64,000 bases of DNA. It comes from Azolla caroliniana (Eukaryota; Plantae; Polypodiophyta). The position numbers and the translations under genes were made by a program. This document shows positions 23,811 to 38,243 of this stretch, piece by piece. Where the stretch lies: NCBI GenBank assembly GCA_043228905.1, contig JBHGNT010000015.1:7626001-7690000 (forward strand), read 5' to 3'. The notes beneath the pieces are model-generated. The model was not told the origin of the DNA. It did not search any database and worked only from the letters and a program-made list of their open reading frames with translations. Position 1 is the stretch's first letter. Each line of letters begins with the position of its first letter.

Positions 23811-26800
23811 ATACCTTGCATCTGGGCATATCCCTTTGCCACAAGTCTTGCTTTATGTCTACTAACATTTCCATTGGAATCATGCTTTGTCTTGTAGACC
23901 CATTTGCAACCTACAACATTTTTTCCTTCCGGTAACTTTACCAAATCCCATGTTCTGTTTTTAGCTAATGCATTTATTTCTTCTTGCATTTCATTCACCC
24001 ATTTCTTATCAGATTTTGCTTCATCAAAACTTTTTGGATCAAATATTTGTACCACGTTAGACATGTATGCATAGTGCATAGCCATATATGTGTTATAACC
24101 AAATCTTTCAACAGTCTTTTTCTCTCTATCTGATCTTCTCAGTTTTTTATTTGCATCTTTCATTGCTTTTTCCATACCAGGGATTTTCAAGGCTCGTATA
24201 CGAAGCTCATCATCCAATGATGTATCTGAATCTACATCTTCCATGTTTCCAGACCCATCATCAAGCATTTCATATTCTGCCATCTCCTATTTTCCCTTTC
24301 TATCATCATATTTTTTGTGTCCTGGTTTTTTCCACTCCATGCATTAAATTTCGATTTACTACCTGAGCGTCCAGATGTTCTAGTACACTCTATTGATGTG
24401 AAACTTTGCTGTCCAACATTGTTTCCATCTCTATGGCAATCTCTTCCTTTTTCAGATTTATCCTTGTCTTCATTTTAATAATCGTCATCAGTTTCTACAT
24501 TTCCTTTTGGGTTGTACCAACTGCCCAACTCATCAAATATTAAATCATGGCTTACCACTATCTTTTTTGTCAACAGGTTATAGCATCTATACCCTTTCAC
24601 TCCTCTAAATATCCAATAAGAACACATTTTTCAGCTTTTGGATCAAGCTTACTTCTTACTTTAGCAGGTACATGGACATAGGCTGTCATGTCTCAAACCC
24701 ATGACCTTATGTTATATGGGTCGAGCTCTTGACCATTAGACTATATGTTGTAATACGAAGGATATTATTTTCATTTAAGTTATACTATAGAAAATTGATG
24801 TATATTCCAGATTTCTCTGGAACATTTTAGATACTTCAGGAGTACTCCTGTGAACACTATAAAAGGAGGCACAAGGCATTATTTCAAACCAAATCGGTTC
24901 ACACCACTCTTAAGCCTCCTAGCTACTACTGTATATTATCTTCACATAATATATATCTTTTGTTATCATCATTCTCTCTCTCTCTCTCTCTCTCTCTCAG
25001 TATTTCCTTCTCTCGAGAGTTCTACACCTCTCTTAGTACTAATCTTCATCTTTTACTACTAATTCCTTCTCTATTCTAGTACTATTCCTGACAGTTTGAA
25101 TAGATTTCTCACCTCTTTCCTCATCTTCCGTGTATCTTCTTACGTTTCCCTCCCTTCATACTAATATCTTATTCCTCTTTCCTCTCATCCTATGGCCACT
25201 ATTAATGCTCAAGAATATCAATCCGTTTTCTCGGAGCTGCAATGCTTGAAAGAGAAGTTCCTTGCTTTGGAACAAAAAAATCAACAGTTGTTAGGGGTCT
25301 TCAACAAATCTCCTTAGAAAAGCAACAAACGCAACAACAACATGGGGAACTAGTGTTACGTGTGCAACAACTCGAAGCAACCATAGTAACGATGCAACAA
25401 GAAGGACCCAGTACGCAAGGGATTCATAAAGAACCCAAGATTGGCCTTCCCATGAAATTCGATGGAACGTGATCGTAGTTTAGAGGATTCCTTAATTAGG
25501 TACGATTATTCATTCAAATGCATCATCCCCGATAAGCCACTAATGCATTACGAGTGGGTTTAGTAGGCACGTTGTTAAGTGGCTTTACTTTGGCATGGTT
25601 CGCTCCGTTGTTAGAAAATGAATCTCCTTTACTAAACAATTTTGAAGAGTTTTTAAGCGAGTTTAAAGCTTGTTTTGGAGATATTGATAGCATAAGGACA
25701 ACAATAAACAAAATCCGACGATTTGGTCAAGGTGATCGTCCAACGTCCGCATACGTTGTAGATTTCTGCCTACTCACCTCTGATATCCCCTAGGATGACC
25801 AAGTACTAATGGAGCAATTTCGTTATGGTCTACGTAACGATGTCAAGGGTTTACCCTTGACCTTCCCTGAAGAACCAAAGCCACTGATAGAAGCAATCAG
25901 TCGTGTGGTGAGATGCAACGACCGTCTTTTTGAACGTCGTTCGGAACGTCAGTTCAGATGCCAAGAGCAAGATCAAAGCCCACCTACGCCTTTTCCAAGG
26001 GATTCATATAATGCGTCTCTAGTGAATACTCCAACTCCGATGGAAATTGACACTATATGTCATCGCGGACCATTATCGGAAGAAGAAAAGTAGCGACGCC
26101 GAGCAAATCTACTATGTCTTTATTGTGGTGGACCAGGGCATATTGCAGTGAATTGTTCCCATAGGCCAAGAAGATAGGTAAACCAAATAATTGCTTGTTC
26201 TAATTGTATTAAACCTGAGTCTATTTCAGTAGGAATATCTGGTAGTCCTAATAGTACTAATAGCCCAAATCTATTGAACAGATTTGATGTCCTTAGTCAG
26301 TTAGAAGAAGAGTTAAATAACTATGTCCAGCCAAAATAGGAGTCGTTTGGTTGGACGACCCTAGATCTGTGCATCCCATTAGTGGTTCCATTCCCTGTAA
26401 GCAAGTTAGCAATGTGTTCTTAGCCCAAGTAAGAGTTAACTTTACTAAAAATACCTCTCCAATACATGTCTCAGCACTCCTAGATTCCAGAGCTAATTCT
26501 TGCTTCATGGATAGGAATTTTACCCAAGCTCATCAGATATCCCTGAGAAAACTCCCGTGTCCAGCCTCTATAGTAGTCATTGATGGTCATCCCATTGCTT
26601 CCGGAAATATCATAGAAGAGTTAGAGCCTGTTAATATTTTCCTAGATAATTTAGCGTGTGACTAGTATCATTTAATATAATTAGTATCCCAGAACATCCC
26701 ATTGGTTTGGATTACCATGGTTCGAATTACATAACCCAGACATAGATTGGAGAACAAGAGAAATTCGGTATTGACAAGGCCGAGGATCTACTCATAAGAT

Positions 26801-29800
26801 TGCAACCATTTCGCTACATCAATTGCGTGAGGAAGGATGCAAGGAAGAAATGATTCTCTTCGTAGTATTAGTAAAACCTTCCAACACCACTAAAGATGAG
26901 TCCACCATTCAACTTCTAGAGAAGTATCGTGATTATGCCGATGTGTTCGATAAAGTACAAGCCAATACGCTTCCTCACCATCGACCATAGGATTGTCCCA
27001 TCGATTTACACCCGGGAAAAGAACCACCATGGGGACCGATCTACAATTTGTCACCAACCGAGCTAAAACTCCTTCGAGCCTATATAGAGGAGAATTTGGA
27101 AAATGATTTCATTCGATATTTGAAATCCCAGCCGGTGCACCCATTTTTTTCGTCAAGAAAAAGGATGGATCACTTCATCTCGTCGTAGATTACCGTGGCT
27201 TGAATAAGGTCACCATCAGGAATAGGTATGCACTTCTTCTACGTCAAGTTTTTTACAACAGATCAATGGTGCAAGGTTCTTCACAAAGATTGACTTACGA
27301 GGAGCATATAACCTTGAACGGATCCGACCAGGAGATGAATGGAAGACCGCGTTTCGCACCAGATATGGGCTCTTCGAGTATATGATCATGCCATTCAACG
27401 TCACTAATGCGCCAACAGTCTTCCAACACATGGTAAATGATATATTCCGAGATCTCTTGGATGTTTTTTTAATCATCTATTTGGATGATGTACTGGTTTA
27501 TTCCACGTTCATTGCGAGATGTGCAATGTTTTTTAGGCTTTGCCAATTTCTACTGCAAGTTTATACATGATTACTCAAAGCTTGTTCTGCCTCTCACATA
27601 GCTTACCAAGAAGGGACAATCGTTCGTTTGGTCTGAAGAAGCAAACATGGATTTTGAGAGTCTTAAGAAGGCATTTACATCAGCTCCTATTCTAGGTCAT
27701 GTTGATCCGGAAAAACCATTCATCATTGAAGTAGATGCGTCGGATTTCGCCTTGGGTAGCATTCTGTCATAACAAGGCGATGATGAAAATCTACATCATG
27801 TGGATTTCCACTCACGCAAGTTTGACGTCGTCAAAATCAACTATAAAATTCATGATAAGGAGCTATTAGCAATAGTGGACTCTTTTATGCAATGGAGGCA
27901 TTTTCTAGAGGGATCTTCTCATCAAGTCACCGTATTCGGTGATCACAAAAACCTTGCCTACTTTCAGAATGCTCATCTGTTAAATAAACATCAAGCCCGG
28001 TACGTCCAATTCCTCACTCGTTTCAACTTCAAAATTACATATTGTCTGGGGAAGAAACAAGGGAAGGTAGATGCATGTCACGACGCTCGTATCTAGCACT
28101 GCATCTTGGCAAGCCAGCTTTCTATAACCAAAATCAAGTAATCCTAGGATCGGCATGACTGCAAGCAACGCAAGTCTTTGGTGTGCCTTAGGATTCCCAC
28201 GTTATAGATACCATATGTGAGGACTTGAAGATAGATGCTTTCACCCAAGCCATAGTAGCAAAAATTGATCCCTCTCGAGCACCTTGTTCACAGTCGCAAC
28301 AACCAGGTAAGGACTATCGACAATTCGAATGTTATGATGGATTATTATTCTTTAAGAAACTCTTGTATATTCCTAATGGTTCTTGTCGCCTTCGAGTAGT
28401 CCAAAACTGTCATGACACATATACAGTTGGGCATTTTGGTAGTACTAAAACATTAGATTTAGTACAACAATCATTCTGGTGGCCCCATATGCAACACTTT
28501 GTCGAAGATTTTGTTCGGACTTGTGATACATGTTGTAGAAAAAAAATGCCAAGGCACCATCCATATGGTTTATTAAAACCATTACCAATTCCAAGCAAGT
28601 CGTGGCAATCCATTGATTTAGATTTCATCATAGATCTTCCGATCTCTAAGGGATTCGATGGGATCTTAATAGTAGTAGATCGATATACGAAGATGGCCCA
28701 TTTCCTGCAATGTACTAAGGAAATCTCCAGTGAGGAAATAGTCGAAATTGTCATGTGTGAAGTATGTCGGCATCATGGCCTTCCCGATAGTATCATCAGC
28801 GACCGTGGACCCTAGTTCATCTCGAAATTCTGGAAGCACCTCTTTAAAATGCTCAAGGTCACTTGTAACCTCTCCTCCCGCGGTGGTGTGTATTTGAAAC
28901 CCTAGAGTTACCCACAAATCCTTGCGGAGAGGATCGTTTGGAGTGGTTAGACAAGATACAAGGGGATTTATCTACTCATCTACAACAAGCTCAACAAACA
29001 CACAAGGATTATGTGGATCGTCATTGGCTTCCATCCAATTTTAACATTGGAGATCGGGTATGGCTACTACGACGACACATCAAGACTATTGGCCCATGCA
29101 AGAAGTTGGATTATCGGTGATTAGGTCCTTTCCGTATTATCGAAATAATTAATGATGTCGCTTTTCATCTCGATCTACTTCCATAACTTCAGATACATCC
29201 GGTGTTTCATAGTTCTCTCCTCGAACCCTATCAAGACAACACCATCCCAGGTCGTATTAAACAACCTCCACCCCCAATCGAACTTGAAGATGGACTTGAG
29301 TACAAGGTTGCGGCCATCCTCGAGTCAAGATTGTTCGCAACAAGCTCTACTATTTTGTCGATTGGCTAGGATATAGTCCCATCGAGCGTACTTGGGAACC
29401 AATAGAGAATGTGACCAATGCTCATGCTCTTCTTGAAGACTTCCATCGTTAATATCCAGACAAACCGGGTCCTCAATCCAATTGTGACACTCGTCGTTTT
29501 AAAGGGGGGATAGTGACATGATATGGAAAGACTCGAACCCATGACCTTATGTTACATGTGTTGAGCTCTTGACCATTAAACTATATGTTGTAATACAAAA
29601 GATATTATTTTCATTTAAGTTATACTATAGAAAATTGATGTATATTCTGAACTTCTCTGGAACATTCTAGAAACTTCATGGGTACTCCTGAGAACACTAT
29701 AAAAGGAGGGACAAGGCATTATTTCGAACCAAATTGGTTCAACGCCACTCTTAAGCCTCCAAGCTACTACTGTATATTTTCTTCACATAATATATATATT

Positions 29801-29809
29801 TTGTTATCA

Positions 29810-29844
<35 letters not shown>

Positions 29845-32561
29845 ATCGCTCTCTCTTTCCCTCTCTCTCTCACTCTTTCCTTTTCTCGAGAGTTCTACAC
29901 CTCTCTTAGTACTAATCCTCATCCTATAGTACTAATTCCTTCTTTGTCTCAGTACTATTCCTGACATAGGCAAGGCATCCAAACACTTTTAAGTGTCCTA
30001 AACTAGGTTTCCTTCCATAGAAACATTCTTCAGGAGTTACTTCATGTACTCCAGATGTTATACATCTATTTAGAATAAAGTTTGTTGTGTTTACAACTTC
30101 TGCCCAGTAATACAATTGCATATTTTTTTCAATCATCATGGCTCTTGCTATGTTCACCAGAGTTCCGTTTTTTCTCTCAACAACTCCATTTTGCTGTGGA
30201 GTATATTTACATGTAAACTATCTCCTTATTCCTTGATTACATAGAAAATCAGAAAATTCATTTTAGAAATATTCTCCTCCTCCATCAGATCTTAAACACT
30301 TTATTCTAGACCTGGCTTGCTTTTCTACCATGCATTTGAACTTACAAAAGCAATCAAATACTTCACTTTCCTCTTTCATGATGTAAACCCATGTTTTCCT
30401 TGAGTAATCATCAACAAATGTTGCATAAAACCTACATCCACTAATTGATGCATTTTTTGTTGGTCCCCATACATGCGTATGTACCAAATCCAACAAATTT
30501 TTGCTTACATGTCTTTCATCAGGGAAAGGCAACATGTTTTGCTTTCCATATTGGCATGCTTCACATATTTTTCTCATCTTACAGTCTTTCAACTTAGGCA
30601 GTCCAGCCACTGCATTTTTCCTCAACATATTTTTCAAGGTTTGCATATTTATGTGACCGATTCTTTTATGTCACATCTCCACATCTGAGATTACATTCAT
30701 TCCTTCTGCAAACATGGTTGTAATATTTTTAGGCATATCCACATCTATCACAAACATTCTTCCTTGTCGTTTTCCTTTTGCAATAAGCTTTCCCTGTTTC
30801 TCTGTAAAGCACCCACTTTGCTTAAACTTAACTTGCAATCCTTGCTCTACTATTTGTCCAACAAAAATAAGATTTTTTGCAAGGTTTGGCACATGCATAA
30901 CATTCAGCATATACTTTGTTTTCCCTTTTTCTTCCCACAATGGGATATCTCGAACATGCTCGATTGTATGAGTGGTGTTATGACCTGTCTTTACATAACC
31001 AAGAATCTTAGGTTCTCTTAGACTTTGAAACCAATTTGCATCTCCAGTCATATGATTAGATGCCCCAAAATCTACATACCACATATAATCTTCATTGCAT
31101 CTCTGTGAACATTCAGCCATTGTTGTTGTTTCATGTTGCATCACAAATGCACCATCTTTATCTCTTCCCTCTTTTTTCATCATTTTGCTTTTTATACCAT
31201 TCAGCCTGTGTATGGCCTGGTTTTCCACAATACCAACAACCACAATAATTCAAATAAGCTTGCTTACCTCTACCTCAATTGCTCCCCCTGCCTCTTATGT
31301 TGTTTCTTCCACTTGTAGCTTGTTGTCCTCTTCCTTGATAATTGTTGTTGGTTCTAGTTGAACCAAATCTTCCATGGCTTCTTCCTTGGCCTCTTCCAGC
31401 ACTATTGTAGAGGGCTTGGCCCTTAGTCTTAGAGTTTCCTTTGTTTACATCATCCATCTGACTTCTTTCTTCCACTACAAGCATTGAAACTATATTTAGA
31501 AAACTTGGGATACTATCCCTTGTGAGAATAGATGTTTTGAAGCTCTTATATTGAGGTCCTAAGCCTCTTAAGCATATTTCCACCATATCATCATCTTTCT
31601 ACCTTCACATTAATAGAAGCAAGTGACTCACATATGCTCTTTATTTTCAAAGCATACTCATTAACTGCCATCTTACCTTTTTCCAAGGTATTTAGCTCAG
31701 TCCTCAACTGAAGCTTTCTAGCCTTTGTGTTTATTGGAAACAATAGATTACCAAATTGTCCCAAGCTTCTTTTGGAAGCAAAGCATCTTGTACGTGTCCA
31801 AGCATCGAATCTGAGATGCTAAGTGACAACCAATGCAATACTTTCCTTGCCCCTGGATTCCATTCCTTAAATGCTTTAATCTGTGCAGCTGTTGCATTTT
31901 CTTTAGAGATCTCTAGAACCTCTTCTTGGTCTTCTTCAATGTAATCCCAGTATCCTTTTCCCATCAGAAAATTTTTCATTCTGAATTTCCACGCAAGGAA
32001 ATTGTTTTTGTCCAACGTTTCTGTGACTATTTGGCGTCCATTCTTAGCAACCATTCTCTCTTCAAAATTAGGGATTTTGCTACGATGAACTTCAGAGACA
32101 CCTCTCTGATTCAAACCAGCAACCAGAACCAAACTTCTTAGATTTATATTGTTCCTCTTTACAAGCAACTCTGCTTCGATACCATGTTATGAAGGTGCTC
32201 CGACTCTTCTTTGTGCACATTGGATGGTGATGTGCTGGATTGTTTAGTGTGCTCAAGACAGAAAAGGAAGGGGGGAGGAGACTTACCTCTGTAGCAACCC
32301 AAAAGCTTCTATTTCATTACACGCAGAGAAACCTCTCTCGTCAGCCTTCTCATACAACTACTCTCTTCCTCTCTCTTACTTTTTAACCTAAGTATATAAG
32401 TGACTTACATATGCAACTAATTAGTTGTGAGTATCTAATTAGTTGTGACTAGCTAAATAGTTGTTTTACTTGTATTCCCAATAAGCATCACATGCTTTTG
32501 TTGGGCTTGTTTCTTAACACTTATGACAACGATGTACGTGATTAATAGATCACCCTCAACA
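23811..32561 (-). mobile_element. Ty1/Copia family A copy 2 (5' LTR, PBS, gag, PR, INT, start of RT), split by the chromovirus
   Basis: LTR 32185-32561 (minus TGTTGAG...ATAACA), PBS TGGTATCGAAGC at 32173-32184, gag LDKNNFLAWKFRM, PR WYVDFGASNHMTG, INT CEACQYGKQ and LRSDGGGEY. Confidence 0.93.
24684..29966 (+). mobile_element. Full-length degenerate Tcn1-like chromovirus (Ty3/Gypsy)
   Basis: LTRs at 24684-25093 and 29514-29966, TSD TAGGC on both sides, PPT at 29501-29513. Sushi/Tcn1-type gag EPKIGLP.KFDG..LAW, PR ALLDSRAN, RT YLDD, RH HDKELLAIV, INT WWP..CDTC and ISDRG, chromodomain near 29290-29450. Confidence 0.95.
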
Positions 32562-34730
32562 CCCTTGGAAGGAGACAAAACCACAAAGAGTATGGACCGG
32601 TAAAGATGTATCTTACCTGCATCTGAAGGTGTTCGAGTGTCTCGCATATGTGCATGTTGCAAAGGAAAAGAGAGCAAAGTTGGACCCGAAGTTCCGGCCA
32701 TGCATATTCCTTGGATACGACGATGATGAGTTCAGTTACCAAGTGTTGGATCTGGTCGACAAGAAGGTGTTCCAGAGTCGGCACATAATCTTCATGGAAG
32801 ACAAGACCATTGCCAACTGGGAAGCAGAGAAGAAGATGATGGACTCTAGATTGATCAACAGAAACCGGCTTGACGATACATGGACTTACTCGGATGACAC
32901 TCAACGAACCAGCCGGTTTCGAACAAGAAACCAAACTGACCAAAGACGAAGAAGAAGAAGACACCGAAGCTGGACAAAACCCCGAATCAGACTCGGATGA
33001 GGAGCAAACGGAGGAACTAGTAGTCGGAAATCAAGGATGAAGATATATCCTCTAAGAGAGAGAAGAGCGCCTCGGAGATTTTCGGATGAAGAGCAAGTAT
33101 TGCTGACCAATGAGGGGGAGCCTGAAAGCTTCGAAGGAGCAAAGGAAGACACCCACAACCGCAAGTGGTTGAATGCCAGGCAGGACGAGATGGATTCCCT
33201 GCATGACAACCACACATACGAACTGACAGAGTTGCTGAAAGGAAAGAGGGCACTCCGGAACAAGTGGGTGTACAAGCTGAAACCGGGAGACGCCAGAAAT
33301 CAACCAAGGTATACGGCCCGAATCATGGTGAAGGGCTTCGAGCAGAAGAAAGGTGTGCACTTCGATGAGATCTTTGCCCCGGTAGTAAAGATGACATCCA
33401 TCCGGACGATGTTGAGCATAGCAGCAAGCATGGACCTTGAGGTTGAACAACTCGATGTTAAGACGACATTACTCCACGGGGACCTCGAGGAGGAGATCTA
33501 CTTGCAGCAACCGGAAGGATTTGAGAAGAAAGGGAAAGAGCACCTGGTGTGCCGGTTGAAGAAGAGCCTATACGGACTGAAGCAAGCACCCCGGCAATGG
33601 TACCAGAAGTTTGACTCCTTCATGACCGATCAAGGGTACCACAAGACGCATGCTGACCACAGTGTATTCGTGAAGAATTTCGACAGAGGAGACTTCCTGA
33701 TACTCCTACTATATGTGGATGACATGTTGATCGTCGAACCAGATAGAACCAAAATCGGAAATCTGAAGAAGGCCTTGAACCGAACCTTCTCAATGAAAGA
33801 TTTGGGTCCAGCAAGACAGAATTTAGGGATGCACATCATCCAGGACCAGTCAAAGAAATTGTTATGGCTATTACAGGAGAAGTACGTGACAAAGGTGCTA
33901 AGGTTCAACATGAAAAATGCAAAACCAATCGGGTCGACACTTTCGGCAAACTGCAAGTGGTTCGGAAAGCAGAGCCTGAAGACAAAGGCAGAGAAGTCAG
34001 ATATGATGAAGATACCATATGCCTCTACTGTCGGAATCTTAATGTACGCGATGGTTTATACCCGACCAGATATCGGATACACAGCCGTAGTGGTCAGCCG
34101 GTTCATGAGCAATCCGGGAAGAGAACATTGGAACATGGTCAAGTGGATACTCCGGTACTTGAAAGGCACCTCGAGTATGTGTCTTCGGTTTAGCTCAGGT
34201 AAACACGAACTGGAAGGCTTTATGGATTCGGATACATCGGCTGATGTGGATACCAGTCGGTCCACATCCGGATACGACATGACATATGCAGGGGGAGTAG
34301 TATCGTGGCAGTCGAGGCTGCAGAAGCCTATTCTGCTGTCAACAACGGAAGTGGAGTACATGGCAACTGTGGAAGCTGGCAAGGAAGTAATCTGGATGAA
34401 GGACTTCATCGGAGAGCTAGGGATTTGACAAGAGGAATATCGGCTCTACTGTGACAACCAAAGTGCCATCCACCTTGGTAGGAACGTGGCCTACCGTTCC
34501 TGGACCAAGCACATCCAGAGAAGATATCACTGGCTCTGAGAGAAGGTAGAAGATCAAGACTTCGTGCTGACGAAGATCCACACTGAAGAGAACGGGTCGG
34601 ATATGCTGACCAAGGTGTTGTTAACTGATAAACTGGACATGTGCCAGAAACGGATCGGACTAACGAGAAATCCCATGCCAGAGTGAAGGGGGAATGTGTT
34701 GGGAATTCAGTCCCTCCAGATGGGATCCGA
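32562..34730 (+). mobile_element. Ty1/Copia family C (Tork/Tnt1-like) INT end, RT, RNase H, PPT and start of 3' LTR
   Basis: ORF 33037-34428 has KRALRNKWVYKLK, EQLDVKT, LYVDDMLI, PYAS.VG.LMYAMV.TRPDI and SWQSRLQ. PPT GAGTGAAGGGGGA at 34681; LTR start TGTTGGGAA at 34697. Confidence 0.95.
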
Positions 34731-34734
34731 TACC

Positions 34735-36786
34735 CTTTGTCACGTCGCAAGCACTGGGTCACGTAGTGCCTTGGCTGTTGTAAAATGAAGCAATGCACGC
34801 TAGACTCGCCTCTTTCGGCTGTTGGTAGAGCCACTGGCTCAGGTTGTGGCGTGGGCTCATTGCGAGGTCATGGTTGGTACTGGTAATGTCGCATGTTGCA
34901 GGGTTTCCTGCGGTAGTCGCGTTGATTGTTATTGTGAGGTCAGTGTCGGTCCTCCTCCGAACTATCGTCTTGTGGGCGTTGGTTGCGAGTTTGTCGATCT
35001 CCTCCATACGCCCGCGGTTCGGTTGGCCCACCTCTATTATTTGTGGGGCACCTATTTCGTAGTGTTGCCCGTTTCTATTGTCGTATCGGTCATTTCGATG
35101 GTAGTCGTCATCATTTCTATCTTCATCTTCCCAATAGTGGTCGTCTTCTCGGCGAGCATATTCATTGTAACGAGGGCACTCCTCATGCCGATAGCGTTCA
35201 TCCTAGCGAAACCGCTTGTTTGGTTGCCTACCGTTGTGTTGTGGTTCAATTCTCCGAATTAGTGCCCTGGGTTCACTCAAGAGGTTATACTCACATTGAT
35301 TGATTGTATCTGCCCTAGAGTGGCTGATTGGGCCGTGAGCTCACATATTACACTCGACCGCCGAATGTCCCGGATTGAGGAAGATAGTGCACTGAATTGA
35401 TTATCGGAACCGGTACTCATCATCCTGTGGTCACACTTGTCGTAAGGAGGTCATGGACATGTTCTCTTTTGCATCTTCCATCTCCAACTGCAGGAAACCG
35501 ATCGATTATCGTGTCCACTGTCTGGCCCGTCAAATCAAGCATGCCCAGCGTCGTTCGCATAGATCTGCGTGAGGCCAAAAATGTATCATTCCCCGCCTCC
35601 TCAGTGGGTGCTCACTTTAGTTAGGTTTTGGAAGTGAATGATAAAATCTATGGACTCCTGACTAAACTGCCTAATCGAATCAAACTGGCCAATGATTTCG
35701 CGTTAGGGAACACTTCGATGGAACAGGCAAAGGAACATCATTCGAAGTTGGTCGAAGGTTGTGAAGGAGCCCAGGTCCAGCTGCGAGTGCCACCGCTTGC
35801 ACGTCCATCGAGAGTGAGCCCAAATTAAGCAATTCTGGATGTGTTGGCCTCGGCTTTTGGTAATCGTTGCAAGACGTGGTTGGCATTCCACGTGTTGAGA
35901 AAAGACCTCGCATGGGTCTCAATATCGGGTTTACCATTGTAGCGTGGGTATAGAAAATTCATGATGTCGAGAATGTAAAGGCCGATGTTGTTGTGGTCGT
36001 GCTCTAGTGGCAACGATGTGTGGTTGGCCTCAAAATTACTTCCGCTGGTGCTTATAATGACCGGGTGAATTGGGGAGAGGACCTTCTATCCAATGGTATT
36101 GTGCTTGGTGTGTGAGGACTTGAACACGCTTTCTTCGATGTGCAACAAATGGGTGTCGAGGCACGACTTTTCCAAGGTGAGCTCTGCCACCCGTTGGGAT
36201 TCTGCCCAAGTCTGAGGTTTGCCTCATCGGTTTGTCTCTCTACCACCTCGTTGACTAGACAACATTCATTCCCCGATGTTCTTCTATCTACTCATCAATT
36301 GACCAAGCGGGCCAAATGTGTTATCGTCTTAGGATAACACGGTGTTGAATTGCCGGTCCTTTTGACTATTCGACTCAAGGTCTTGTGGTAAGGGATAGAG
36401 TAGTGTTTGCTTCCCTTCAAACTGGTTTGATGATTTCGAACTACTGACTTAAATGAGGATCGAAACTAAGATTGTGCGATTGTGGAAATGACAAGCTGGC
36501 TATAATTGACTGTATACACAAAGGACGCATGCATGAACTCAACACAAATGAAGGACAACACAGTGCTCAAAGTATTGGAGACAAACAGAATTCTACTAGG
36601 CAAAAAGTGATACACAGTTCTTCGATCATCCTTTACAAGCTTTCCATGGCCCTTTATACAAGCTCATGAACAGTTATGTCTGCACATGAATCGTTACATC
36701 TATTCAATATCTTTTCTATTTTTACAATTATCTATTTCTTCATAATAGTTACTCGACCCTACCCATTCCCTTTATTCTTTCTAACA
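34735..36786 (-). mobile_element. 5' part of a Gypsy relative (LTR and decayed gag)
   Basis: Minus YNGKPDIETHARSFLNTWNANH..SRIA is homologous to gag at 12860-13000. Candidate LTR 36319-36786 (TGTTAG...ATAACA) followed by a TGG-starting PBS at 36301-36314. Confidence 0.75.
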
Positions 36787-37132
36787 GGCCTTCATCCTTG
36801 CTACACTTGGCCGATCAACCCAGCCAACATGCTCAAATGTTAGATTGTACATGAGTGAGAACAAAGCACTCTTTTACTGTTATATTACAATATGTTCAAT
36901 GATATACATGCTTAGGGGTTGACTCTCAATTTATGCACGTGGGACACAGATTTAGGGCATTGAGTACTACTTACTCTCTCTCTCTCTCTCTCACACCCTA
37001 CGTTTTACACAAGGACAACGACAATAAACTACAAGAGTTGGGCTTTCACTCCAACACAATTCTCATACATGAGAGAAATTACCAACTAATAATTATTTGG
37101 GATCTCTTGAACCTTCTAATGCAACACTATAC

Positions 37133-37760
37133 TATTGGGAGACAACCTCAACATAAGCCAAATAGGCTATAGGCCGGTAGGTAGGATCGGCTGAAGAAAT
37201 CGACAACCGAGTCAGTTGGGATAATTGGCTGGAGAAGCCAAATGCTAGATCGGCTAGGAGCCAACAGGTCGTTTGAGGCCTATACTCCTATTTTAGAAAT
37301 AGGACTAGTTTAGGTAGTTAGTGTGAGTAACTTCTTTATGAGCATTGAAGCACTTGTCCATAAGTCAGCCAGTCCTTTGGAGGACTTGTATTAAAGGTGC
37401 TCAATGAGTACATCATCATGTATTGAGTGTTATTATCTTCAATAGAATTTTTGTTTTCTTCTCTCTTACACACACATTGTTTATTCTCCATCTCAGTGTA
37501 TACCTAGCGGTTGTTGTCTGGCTAAGCCGACTATGTCTGTTGATTAGCTTCCACATCTAACTCTCCTACATGGTATCAGAGCGCGAGGGTTGAAGATCGT
37601 CTACATCTGACAAGTGCTTAGTATAGACAAGCTTTTGAATCTTCAGACAAGACGGATAGGAACATGGACAGAGGAATGGGTAGCTCCCTTCCAATAGAAA
37701 ATCTTGACAAGAGCAACTATGTATCTTGGGCATACAAGATCCACCAATACCTGGTTGTAT
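37133..37760 (+). mobile_element. Copia B-like LTR, Met PBS and gag start (truncated)
   Basis: LTR ends CCTACA at 37570, PBS TGGTATCAGAGC at 37571-37582, then [26 protein letters not shown] from 37676. Confidence 0.8.
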
Positions 37761-37799
37761 GCAGCAAGCAGAGTCTTGTACTGCTTTGCCTTGTGTGTC

Positions 37800-38243
37800 C
37801 ATGATCAGATACATGTACCTCACAATTCTAAGACATTGTCTACGGGTAAGTGCACTAAGTTAGCCCCACGGTTTTGTGGACCTTTTCAAGTTCTCAAACG
37901 CATTGGTTCATCAGCCTATCGTCTCACTCTTCCCGATGGCATTGAAATTCATCCACTTTTTCATGTAAGTCGTCTAAAAGAACTTCTAGGTTTTGGCGAC
38001 AATACAGTTACAACTGAAACTCTAGTTACTTCTGAAGAATTATCTTCTAAACCACATGTACCAGAAAGAATTCTCGATATTAAAACAAAAATTCCGCGTA
38101 CTAAAATAATCCGAGAATTTAAATTTAATTAAATGGATGGATAAATCTATCAAAGATGCCATATGGGAACACAAAAATACTCATAGAACTAATTTCCCTA
38201 ACTTTCCATTGCAAGAGTGCAATGTTTTAAAGAGGGGGGAGTA
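37800..38243 (+). mobile_element. Chromovirus integrase C-terminus, chromodomain and PPT
   Basis: [43 protein letters not shown]; PPT AAAGAGGGGGGAG at 38229-38241. Confidence 0.9.

Noticed and set aside
36787-37132. Additional LTR
   Set aside because: LTR-like composition but no definable ends, PBS, PPT or TSD.
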